A stretch of DNA of 57,784 nt, counting the filler, from Dugesia japonica (lineage: Eukaryota): the NCBI GenBank assembly GCA_001938525.1. It is 6 parts of 6 records of this genome, joined end to end, with 100 filler letters (N's around TTAATTAATTAA, not from the genome) between each part and the next. Parts side by side here need not be neighbours in the genome. Positions count along the whole stretch, not along the records: positions 1 to 10,027 come from MQRL01624652.1; positions 10,128 to 19,878 come from MQRL01607195.1; 4 more parts are not named here. One strand, written 5' to 3'. The notes beneath the pieces are model-generated. The model searched no databases and was not told where the DNA came from. It worked only from the letters and a program-made list of their open reading frames with translations. The translations under genes were made by a program, and so were the position numbers. Positions 1 to 11,000 of the stretch are shown here, piece by piece. The first letter of the stretch is position 1; every line of letters starts with the position of its first letter.

Positions 1-657
1 TTCATTTTTATATTTTCACAAATTATTGAATTTTATTCTCAAGTTATTGATTATTATTATTGATTATTATTATTGATTATTATTATTATTGAGTATTATT
101 ATTATTGATTATTATTATTGAGTATTATTATTTTTGGTTATTATTATTATTCATTATTATTATTGATTATTATTATTTTTGATTATTATTATTATTGATT
201 ATTATTATTGATTATTATTATTGATTATTATTATTGAGTATTATTATTGAGTATTATTATTATTGATTATTATTATTATTATTGAGTATTATTATTGATT
301 ATTATTATTGAGTATTATTATTATTGATTATTATTATTGATTATTATTATTGAGTATTATTATTATTGGTTATTATTATTATTGATTATTATTATTCATT
401 ATTATTATTGAGTATTATTATTATTGATTATTATTATTATTGAATATTATTATTGATTATTATTATTGAGTATTATTATTTTTGGTTATTATTATTATTG
501 ATTATTATTATTTTTGATTATTATTATTATTGATTATTATTATTGATTATTATTATTGAGTATTATTATTATTGGTTATTATTATTATTATTCATTATTA
601 TTATTCATTATCATTATTCATTATTATTATTTTTGATTATTATTAGCCATTATTATT
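1..657. repeat. Complex (ATT)n microsatellite with GATT/GAGT interruptions
   Basis: Continuous ATT runs punctuated by TGATT/TGAGT/TTCATT units. Confidence 0.95.
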
Positions 658-1193
658 GCAATGTTAAAGTAACTATGTAAAATTTTGTTCCATAAGAAGT
701 ATGAATTGATTTTCCGATTCCTTTTGAATTTAAAAACTTATTGCAAAATATAAAATATTGGAATAGAATTTAGAAAATTTCAAATGTAATTACAAAAATA
801 AATACAAAATGTGGTTCTCACGTAGAACCGCAAAATTTTCGTTTGAACTTGAACGTTTTAAAAATCAAATATATTTATTTAAATTACAGAGTTATTAGTT
901 TAACTAATTGTATCTTGTTTCCTGACTAGTTTTTTCAAAATTGAGATTTTTTTTGAAATTTAGCTGAAGGAAGACGAAGTAAGAGATACGTTAAAGATTA
1001 TCGGTATTCCAACTGGAATTATACCGAAATTATCGGAATTATATACAAGTGTTCAGGCACATTTTGCAAGTTTAAATTCAGANNNNNNNNNNNNNNNNNN
1101 NNNNNNNNNNNNNNNNNNNNNNNNNNNNNNNNACTAATTGTATCTTGTTTCCTGACTAGTTTTTTCAAAATTGAGATTTTTTTTGAAATTTAG

Positions 1194-1571
1194 CTGAAAG
1201 AAGACGAAGTAAGAGATACGTTAAAGATTATCGGTATCCCAACTGGAATTATACCGAAATTATCGGAATTATATACAAGTGTTCAGGCACATTTTGCAAG
1301 TTTAAATTCAGAAAAACTTATTAATGAAAGAAGTTACAAAGATTTAAAATGGCGAATTGATATTGAGTTATCATCGAAATTCGTTGAAAACAATCCGAAA
1401 CCTGTAATTTATTTGCATTTGATTACGAAAAACCCGGTTTCTGGAGAAGACGAAACGAAAATATTTCAAACTGATCCTTGCAATATTCGTCATTTAATTA
1501 GTGAACTCGAAATGGCACAAAAGGAATTAGACTCGGTTTATTGTCAACGCGTTGAGAAATACATTAAATAG
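1194..1571 (+). CDS. COMMD2: Terminal exon of COMM domain-containing protein 2
   Basis: After acceptor ttag, open frame LKEDEVRDTL...YKDLKWRIDIELSSK...IFQTDPCNIRHLISELEMA...YCQRVEKYIK*. It matches the COMM domain (W-R-x-D) and the COMMD2 motifs QTDP..HL...LE.A and C.RV...IK. Not in the ORF track because it has no ATG. Confidence 0.85.
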   Translation: MKEDEVRDTLKIIGIPTGIIPKLSELYTSVQAHFASLNSEKLINERSYKDLKWRIDIELSSKFVENNPKPVIYLHLITKNPVSGEDETKIFQTDPCNIRHLISELEMAQKELDSVYCQRVEKYIK

Positions 1572-2818
1572 CCTTCTGATATTTGATTTGTTATAAAAAA
1601 TTTTATTAATAACATTTGTTTACTTTCTTTTCTCTATATAATCAATATATAATCAATAATTTCTTTTGTTTATTGTGAAAATTACATTTTGGGTATTTAT
1701 TCACTTTTAATATATTTTTAACCATTGATTTCTGAATGATAAAATTAAATATTTTCAAAATTACGGAAATAAACTAAGGCTTACATCAAAAAAGTTTCAA
1801 AAAAATATTTTTTCTTTAAATTTTTATTAAAGTTACAAAAAAAAATTCAAAAAAGCTTTAATCAATCACAACTCCTAAAGAAGATGAAATCGATAATTTT
1901 GGAAAACCAAAATATCGATTTTTCAATTTGAAGGTAAATATTAATTTTGTTTAAATTAAATCTTTTTATTCTTATTTTGATTGGATAATATTATTAAAAT
2001 TTATATTGATGTCTGATATAATTTTTTTGATCAAAATTTCTTCGAGTTTTTTTCTATAGAGTGGTCAGAAAAATTAGCAACTCAAAAAATTTTGAAAAAA
2101 TTCATTATAAGGATTTACCATTCCCGATTAAATACTTGACTAAATCTTCCAAAAATTACCAAAACTGAGGAAAAATTTGACCACATTCCACCTCACCGAA
2201 TAAATTCCCAACTAAACACAAAGGAAAAATTAAACACCACTTTCAATTTATTTTTAAAAATTTATCCCCTTTTTTAATTTCTTTTAAAAAACGTATCCCC
2301 TCTTTTTCTAACGTCGACGGGGGCTTATTATGGATAAAATCAAGAGGGGATACGCGCGACTATCTACCTACTACTTAAATTATATTAAACGTTTCTATCT
2401 ATCTGCTATCTATCTTTCTCTGCTGAGGTTTCTACCAAACACCGTTTCTGCTGGAAATGGATGAAGATTTCAATATGGGGACGGATCTAATACCCAAGTT
2501 GTTGTCAGATTATGCGCTGGATTTTAAGTCCCTACGTTTTAAATCCACTGAAAAGGAAACGACCAAAACATACAACGAAAATAATTGTGGAGAATATGAA
2601 CAACGTGGAGAACAAAAAGAGAGTAGAAAGAATGCAGATCAATATGCTACAGGCAAGCAAAGCGAGAAAGAGTAAATCGTTATGGCACCCACCATCTTCT
2701 GACAAAGATAATGAAACCATTAAGCAAGTATTTGAATTGCAAACGATAATGGAAGAAATAAATAATAAAGAGGAAAATAATTTGTTATTGGATGTCGCCG
2801 AAGTGCTAATGGCGTTCA

Positions 2819-4549
2819 ATGAAATTAAACCAAGTTTCGATAGGTTACATCAGACTTTTGCTGGAGAAATTGATCCTAGATCGAGGTAAACAGTTGATGG
2901 AATTGGAGATTAAGTCATTTAAAGTAAAGATTTATGTGGAACACCAAGTAACCCGTCATGTACGAATACATAAAACGGATCGATGGTGCGACATTGCAGA
3001 AAGAGTCAGATGCATGATAAATATGGTTGGAAAAAGCCTATATTTCAGTCATGATAGAATAGAAGATACTTCGATAGAGCCTGCGTTGTTAAATGGATTA
3101 GGGAGTAACTCAAAGATTGGTCTATATCTTAGAAGCAAACCGGATCATAACCAGGTTGGTGGAGGAGCTGAGAATCTCCAAAAGAAAGTTAAACAGATTT
3201 GGAAGTGGGTGAGAGACAATATGGAGTTGGCATGTCACCAAAAAGTATTGAAAGTGATAAACAAGGAACAACAGCAGCAAATAGAGAGTATGGAAGCAAT
3301 CCATAAAAGGAATGCGGACAATATNNNNGAAAAAACCAGGAAAGAAAGTGAGTTGGATTACGAAATACAAAATTTAGTGAACATTATACAGAGAACTACA
3401 AAGAATTTTCAAGAAATCACAAGTGCATCTCATTATCTTTTAGCACAGCAAATTGGGGACGAAAGACGAGCGGATTTGGAAAAAGAATTTTATGGTTTTC
3501 AAAAACAAGGAGAGGCAATGGATATGATTATTACGCTTTTACTGTCGTCGTGGAGAATGGTAACAGAAGATGAAATTATTACTAGACCGAGGATCACATT
3601 ACCATCTCCAATAGAATTTCCAGAAAATCGATAGTTATTGTTGTGTGAGTATTGTGGAAAATTTGGACACCAAGAAAGTAGGTGTTGGTTGTTAAAGATA
3701 TGTTTCAAATGTCAAGCAAAAGGACACGTCTAGAAGAATTGTCTGGTAAGAAATAGACCAAGCATTATAAGTGAAAATCAACAGGTAAACAGATGTAACT
3801 CTAGAGTGAATGAATGTCGACGAATACATGAGGTTCTAAATAATAGAAGCGTTGAGATCAATGGAGCAGGTCACTATTAAGAAGCTACTAGGAGGAATAA
3901 TTTATGCAACCGTTATCCAGAAAGAAAACCGCAAAATCTATGCCCAGTAACAATTCCAGGTGATGATATTCTGATGAAAAAGATGAGGATAAATGGCATA
4001 GAAATCAAATGCATGCTAGATACCGGGGCGAGCAGATCGAAAATCGATTTTAAAACAATAAGTGAAGAAGATGTAATAAGAATTCGTAAAGAAAAAACTC
4101 AGATGCTTACAGTAACAGGAAAGTCAATCGACGTAATCGGGGAACTGGATTGTCGGATATCCGATGGTGACTTCAAGTGTATGTATTCAATGAAAGTAAT
4201 CGAGAATTCAATGTTTGAATGTGTTATTGGATTAGACCTGTTAAGAACAATGTTTCCAGATGGTCAACTGGATATGAATAGATTCAAAAAAGAGGTTAGT
4301 AATGACTCTGATGAAATTGAAGGTAGAAATGAATCCTATACAAAAGAAAACGAAACAAGGAAAGAATATCAAGAAAAGGTGATTGGGAGAAAGCAAGAAC
4401 AAATTGATCACAAAACAAATCATGTTACGAACCAGGGTTTTGTGTTTAAACGGCGGCAATCAAGGCTAAGAGAATGGAAAAGTTTGAGTTGCGCCAGCTG
4501 CGTGAAGGAAAAGGCTGAAGTAGATCTGCCTGTTAGAAACGGTGGGTAA
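2819..4549 (+). pseudogene. Gag-protease polyprotein (Ubl domain, coiled coil, two CCHC knuckles, retropepsin)
   Basis: One frame with premature stops at 3632, 3731 and 3878. CEYCGKFGHQESRC (3644-3685), CFKCQAKGHV*KNC (3701-3742), MLDTGASRS (D at 4019) and CVIGLDLL. Probably begins further upstream (2457/2512) via frameshifts. Confidence 0.85.
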
Positions 4550-6689
4550 AATTTTGTGTTTGGAGGGTACAATTGATATGCGTAGTCCATTAAAAGATAC
4601 GGTAAATGTGTTGCATGAGGCAAAGACACGGATGAAGTTAATACAAGCCGTACATGTCAAAGGTCAATCATTGTCACCAACAGAACAAGAAGGATGGTGG
4701 AGTGATATTATGCCTCAGGTGCAAGGCATCGACGAGGACGTCGATTTTTCGAAAGAGGGGAGTGATTATGGATCACTACTATTTGAAGCACGCCGGAGGA
4801 GAATGCATCAACAACTAACTAATAAAAAGCAAATAATTAAAGAAATACAAGGAGACAATAGAGTATTTACTGAATTAGCAAAAAGAACGTTATCGGACAG
4901 GTCTGAACAAAGTTTGGAAGATATGTGGGCAGATCTGTGTCAGGCGGGACTTGAAGTGAAAACGAACCATGTGGAATACAAAGCAAAGCAAGTCAACAAG
5001 ATAGCGGAAGCGGTACAATTTATAAAAGAACACAACGGGCATGGAGACCCCAAAGTGGAACAATTAAAAGGGTCCGTACAGCTAGTACAAACATTGGGAA
5101 AACTAGTAGAAGAGTTGGAGGCAGAGAGAAATGAAATTCAACAAGATCAGGAAATTCCAAGGAAGGCGTGTCAGATATCAAATAAATGGAACAAGCGGAT
5201 GTATGCAGTGTTATTATTAATTGTATTTAAAGTGGTAAATAGCGAGGAGTGCTATAATTATGAAGATGTAAACAATGAACATAAAATACACATAACACGT
5301 TATAATACTGAAATACAAACGATATCTAGAAAACGGTTAAAAAGAGTAACGTCAACTAATGATTGCAGTGAAAGTATAAATAGCAAAATTGCGTATAAAT
5401 GGATGGAACCCACCATCTCAGTCGAGGACCAGTCAATTGGGGCAGTGATACACAGAGAATTTTGGAGTTTATCGATTGAGGTCAAAGGCAACATACTACA
5501 GGAATTAAGGCTCGCACACTATAACAAGGAAACAGGAGATGTATATCGAGACGAAAATTGGCAACTTATTTGCAAAGGGAAGACAAAATTGTTTAGAGTA
5601 TATTGGGTTTTCAGTATATATTATCGTACCGAATTTCTGATCCAGTATATAACGCAAGACGGTAAAAATCCAGTATGGTTAACTAACCGAGATGATTGTC
5701 CGAGAAGCAAGCATTATACGTGTTACAGTTGTGAAAAATCGGATCGAATAAGATAATTAGAGTACGATGGGAATGACGAACCCAGCAAATTAAAAGACAA
5801 AGAGAAACATTACAATTTGGGGGATGGAGTGAAATTGGCATGCAAATAAATAACTTGAAAACGGAGAACATGGTGGACACGTTTACAATTACCATAAAAC
5901 GAGGTAATAAACAAAAGGCACGATTTGGATATTACAAAGAATTACGAGAATGGACAAACGGAGAGTTTCTACTGGAATTTGAATGGTGGAAAAGTCAACA
6001 AGAGTTAGTAATAAAAATGAAAAAAAGTTTGGAGTATGGGTCAAGTTAGAATATATTGTAGTTTTTGGATTACCGCTGAGCAAAAATTCGTTAAAATCTA
6101 ATATTACCGTGACAACAGCAAAATCGACTTCATTAAAAACAACGACGAAAACGTATCCAAATACGACGACAATAGCGACAACACCAATAATGAAGAGTAG
6201 TACGAGAGATACAAGTGCGCGAAGAAAAGTGATAAATATTACGATGACTAGGTATGTGACGGCGACAATAGAAAGCGAACAAAAGAGAATGCCATCAAAT
6301 GTGTTAAATAAACAACAGGAGGATTTTATTGAAAAATTGATGAAAGAGTTGGTAAGGACCGGTTCACGAAGGACATTTCCGGCAAAAGCTAAGTTGAGGC
6401 ACGAGGCATCAACGATGCAAAGCAAAATGGAAAATGAAAGGAATTGGTCAGCAGGACTCATTGGTGAAGTAGCAGGGGTCATTACGATGATCATGATGAC
6501 GATTATAACAATATTAATTTGTAAAGCAAAACGAGGGCAGTATCCGAGACTGCGTTTAGAACCNNNNNNNNNNNNNNNNNNNNNNNNNNNNNNNNNNNNN
6601 NNNNNNNNNNNNNTATAACAATATTAATTTGTAAAGCAAAACGAGGGCAGTATCCGAGACTGCGTTTAGAACCGGAATTAAGAGAGTAG
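4542..6689 (+). pseudogene. Helical domain followed by env-like type I glycoprotein (frameshifted)
   Basis: Internal signal-like MYAVLLLIVFKVVNS (5199), RKRLKR furin site (5328-5345), Cys/Trp-containing ectodomain, Thr-rich stalk, TM GVITMIMMTIITILIC followed by KAKR. Spans ORFs 4542, 5840 and 5983. Confidence 0.6.
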
Positions 6690-7077
6690 ACAGAAAAATA
6701 TTTACACCAGCCAAGAGAGTTCGTGCAGTTGAGAGTTTCTGAGGGAGGAACTGAGTCGTTGTGGAGTTATTGAGGAGATCAGTGGAAGCAAAGTTGTAAA
6801 TAAATTACCTGAAATGTAACAGTAAGGTACACAATTTAGTTTTTGAGTAGCTCGAATTGTAAAGTAGAGCATAGCTGAGTAAATTAAAATTAAAATATGG
6901 AGTAATTTGTAAACTTGTTTTGGAATGGATCACTGTAGTATCTTCATAGTAGTATTTATTTAGTAAAATGGAACAGAAACAAATGACAATGAATGGACGA
7001 CTAACAGTAAATGTGGATCNNNNNNNNNNNNNNNNNNNNNNNNNNNNNNNNNNNNNNNNNNNNNNNNNNTTAGTAAA

Positions 7078-7593
7078 ATGGAACAGAAACAAATGACAAT
7101 GAATGGACGACTAACAGTAAATGTGGATCTAGACGACGTCGACAGAACGATTACGGAGGAGCCGGCGCAAACTTATATCCAACTGCTTAATCAGCTTTTA
7201 AATCCTTATTTTACAATGGAAAACTTGTGGGACGAACATTGCAGAAGCGTAATGAGAAATTCAGATGTACTAAATGAACAATTACAACAGACCCAACAAT
7301 TAAATGCAACCCTTGTGGAGAATCAAAATTTTTATGTGATGCAGGTACACCGATTGAATGAAATAGTGGAAATTCAGAGATAACAGATTACCGAGAATCA
7401 GAATTTTTACCTACAAACTTTGAGTGGAACTAACAAAATAATAGAGGATCTGAGACACCAAGTGGAGGAGTTACAAGCCTATAATGCAGAACTTATTCTA
7501 TCCCAAATTAACCGATTACCGAGCGTATCCGCCATCCTGAATACTATCGAGACGAGCGAGACGATGTGGTATCGAGAAGAGAGTAACGTATGA
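7078..7593 (+). pseudogene. Accessory coiled-coil ORF with duplicated ENQNFY motif
   Basis: ORF 7078-7383 reads on past a TAA into QITENQNFYLQTL...; heptad-rich. Confidence 0.45.
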
Positions 7594-7777
7594 CAACGGA
7601 TGCCAAGATGTAGAGTATTGTAAAGTATGTGTTAAATAGTAACTGTATTACTATGCAAAATAAATGTATTCCAAAAATCAAAAACAGTAAAAGTAACAGT
7701 AAAATATCGTATAAGTAGAGTGCCAATTATAGTTATATAATCAGTGCGTAATCAGAATAATTCCATTTTGTATATAG

Positions 7778-8027
7778 AACGTTTGAGGATTTTCAAAAAT
7801 TGTGGAGGTGTGTGGTGAAAGAATTTGAGGAGACTGTAGCATTAATATGTAAAGCAAAGACAGAGAAAAGGATGAGGTGAGGAGAATGCGAAGTTGAAAC
7901 AGTTTCAGTATTAAATTTACCTTGTGAGCATGTAGCAGTTTGTCAGAAATATCACCAGAGAAACGAGCTCAAACGATGCGCAATGTGTAAATGGTCGATA
8001 GAGTAGTGGTATGTGGTGTATCTATGA
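7778..8027 (+). pseudogene. IAP/MDM2-type C-terminal RING finger exon
   Basis: *GEC...LNLPCEHVAVCQKY...LKRCAMC...WYVVYL*. First Cys codon reads TGA; preceded by an AG acceptor. Confidence 0.7.
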
Positions 8028-8233
8028 GTGAGATACCCGGTAAACCTGTAAATAAAGTTACAATCAAGATACAGTACAGTAAAAGTAACTAAGGAAACAA
8101 TATTTAAACAATTTGTAAATATAAGTCTCAACTAAAAATTTGGTTAAATAGTAAATTCAATGATTTTTAACTCCTAATGTCTGAATTATGCAAATAAAGT
8201 ATATCGTGTATTACTTATATTTCAATTAAGAAA

Positions 8234-9127
8234 ATGGCATCTCGAAGTTCAAGTAGTATGGCTCAACAGAGAGGAGCAATCAGACGATACTGTGAAAATA
8301 ATGCTCGACCCCATTCAGCCAATGAACCTGTAAAATTCAGTGCGATCAAGGAGAAAACGAACCTCAATGCGCCCAGAGGCGAAATAAAGTCGTTTGAATT
8401 GAGAGGAGTAGAATCAAAAAATTACCTGACTGAAGGGGAATCACGAAGAAGGCGGGGTGATGTACGAATTCAAAGAGAAAACAAGCAAATACACGATAGT
8501 GTAAGAGAAAGATTCTTTTGGAAAAACTTATGCGCTGAAAGAGAGGAGGAGATCATAAAGTTGCAACAAGAGCTAAATAACATTCGCAAGCGACCAATAA
8601 AGCAAATCCACGAATTAGAAACTTAAATAAATTGGCAACAGAAAAAAATTAAAATGCTAGAGAAAACTATTGAACGTAATAATGAAGGCCGTATTACAAA
8701 TCAACAAGTACAACAATAGAGACTGGATCAGATACTACAAAACAATGAGCGGCTGATGAGAGAAAGCTTAATATGGAAATTGGAGAAAGAACAGAACAAT
8801 ATAGACATACAACATCTAGAAAATGCTGTAAAACATCTTCATGACGAAAATGCGCGTCTCAAGGAAGTTACAATCCGAGTAGTGATTCCCCCTCGACAAG
8901 TCAATTTGACGAAAGTGGAACAAACATTTTACACTTATAAAACAAATGGGCGACCTGTAGCCCCACAGATTAGTTTACTTAATCAACAGGCCATCCAGAA
9001 GAGACAAACACCACGATCCAATTCCCAATCCAGTAGATCCAGTACATCTTATCTTACGACTTCGACAAATGAGCAGTCGCAATGGCCATATTCAGCATCC
9101 GAGGAGGATCTGTTCTGGGGCCGATAA
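8234..9127 (+). pseudogene. Accessory coiled-coil protein (about 297 codons, two internal stops)
   Basis: ORFs 8234 and 8756 are in the same frame, and the sequence between them reads as coiled coil. Confidence 0.5.
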
Positions 9128-10027
9128 ATTCTTCGTGTCGAGCAGTTCTATGCTGCGTGTAAACTATGTAAATATTTTTCGTAATGAGTAAAACTATTCA
9201 TATTTGTGTCTCTGACAATTTCTATACCCAAATGTTCTCTGACAATTCAATGCTGTCCATTTGGTCGTCTCATGTGTATTCTGCCGTCTATGTTGTCAAT
9301 CTATTCCAAATCAATTCAGCTATCTACGAGCCGAAGGTGTCCTCCGAATCCGGTATGTCGATCAAGAGAAGATCTAAACAAGTTGACTTTTTGATTGTTT
9401 TATGATCCTATGGAGATGTGAATTCGATGTTGTTAATTATATTAAAGTGATCCGGTTATTTATAATGACAATTAAGATTTAAATAGTGAACATAAAATTG
9501 ATTCAGTGGTGAAATTTGATTAACATCTGCATGTGTATTTATGATATTTGATCGAAATAATGTATTTTCAATTGTTTTTGTTATTTTCTTCTTATTTCTT
9601 ATCTGTGTTTATTTTATGACATATCAGAATCTTGCTTGAGGGAACTTTCTAACTAGAGTGTGAATGGAAATCGAGCTTCCATAGACCTAGTTTTCGTTGA
9701 AAAGAGTATTATGAAATTGAGAAGAATTGACGACAACATAAACAAAGAATTTAATGAGAAATTCCGGGACAGGATTTTTTCGAGGCCCCCAGTAATTTGT
9801 TGGGAGGGAACACCAAAATGGTGAAATAATAGAAGAGGTAAAGATGGGCAATGGTTGCCGAAAATAGAAAAGAATCGACACAAAATTGATGGTCTAGACC
9901 AGAAAATTGAGTATTATGTACAATAAAATCATTATTATTATTATTATGGTCACTATTATTATGTAGTTATTATTATTATAATTATTTTGGATTATGCTTA
10001 GAAAATATCGAAAAATGAAAATTGGGC

Positions 10028-10127
10028 NNNNNNNNNNNNNNNNNNNNNNNNNNNNNNNNNNNNNNNNNNNNTTAATTAATTAANNNNNNNNNNNNNNNNN
10101 NNNNNNNNNNNNNNNNNNNNNNNNNNN
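10028..10127. other. Artificial scaffold linker
   Basis: 44N + TTAATTAATTAA (stops in all six frames) + 44N. Confidence 0.95.
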
Positions 10128-10369
10128 GGCCAGAGATATCCGTAAAAAACAGATTTTCGTTTAATTTTCGTTTATTTTTATTTTAAAATTAATTAATTCT
10201 TTCATATTAATTAATTATTTTTCATAATATTTTTTCTTGGTGATTCTTTTTATTCATTAATTTTTCTTGATTACGGATCCTATGTTGTTTCTCTTTTCCT
10301 TGTATCNTCTTTATTTTCTCTTTATTTCTTTTTTACGATTGCTTTTCTTTTCATTTCTTTTCTTCTCCT

Positions 10370-11000
10370 TTAGTGGGTGTTTCACCCCAACACAAATATT
10401 AGATATCGGCCAACTCGCTTTCAAGAATATCCACATTTTGAACAAAGTAAGCCTATACAAATACAAGGTCAGTACAATAATTTCCCGCAGTATTCTTTGA
10501 AAAATTTAGCAAATAAACTATATTGTAAAGCTAAAGGAAAGATACCGCCGCGAAACAAAATCCTAAAAACAGGAGCATGTTTTTGCTGTGGAGAAACTAG
10601 TCATAGAAATATAAATATCCCATTGCAAAAAAATGTTTAATTTGTTGAAAGGAAGGTCAAAGTTTTCGGGGTTGTTTACTAATTCGACTAAAAAAATTTT
10701 CGGTGTCTAAAGTTTGTGTATTGCAGAAGAGGGCGATAATCGGTCCTGTACAAGAGAATCTATAAATTATATACATGATGTCCCTACAGACGATGACGGA
10801 TTAAAAAACGATTGGCAACCCACTGCATCCATCTTATTGGTGATATTGCAATAATCGATCGTAAAACCAGAGATGCAAGAATGATATTTGATTAAAAGAA
10901 GGTATTTCAGAAGAAAGATGAAAGAGAATGGAGTATAAAGCAGTGTAATGTATATGACGTTGAAATGTTATGGGATTGAAGAGCATATAATTTTGAATTA
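10370..11000 (+). mobile_element. Ty3/gypsy gag-pro remnant, homologous to 33640-34140
   Basis: CFCCGETSH knuckle; shared nucleotide blocks (aactcgctttcaagaa, ttcggtgtctaaagttt, atacatgat..ccta.agac). Confidence 0.65.

Larger units (their letters stand above)
2233..9990 (+). mobile_element. Decayed retrovirus-like element: gag(Ubl, 2xCCHC)-protease, env-like glycoprotein, accessory ORFs; no RT/IN visible
   Basis: Co-oriented ORFs with scattered stops and frameshifts; zinc knuckles and LDTGA protease; leader and tail homologous to 14688-14806 and 19695-19878. Boundaries approximate. Confidence 0.65.

Noticed and set aside
903-1312. Apparent tandem duplication of the COMMD2 exon start
   Set aside because: The copies flank a 50-N gap and differ by two synonymous SNPs, which indicates unmerged haplotype/contig overlap.
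2290-2360. Twister or HDV-like ribozyme in the leader motif (AAGCCC on the minus strand)
   Set aside because: The required cleavage-site motif and pseudoknot pairings could not be built on either strand.
6505-7130. Short direct repeats around the gaps at 6564-6613 and 7020-7069
   Set aside because: Identical sequence on both sides of 50-N gaps is assembly overlap, not an LTR or TSD.
10072-10083. Recurrent TTAATTAATTAA palindrome (also 19923, 30123, 38748, 47729)
   Set aside because: Always centred in 44N+44N, so it is a synthetic six-frame-stop linker.
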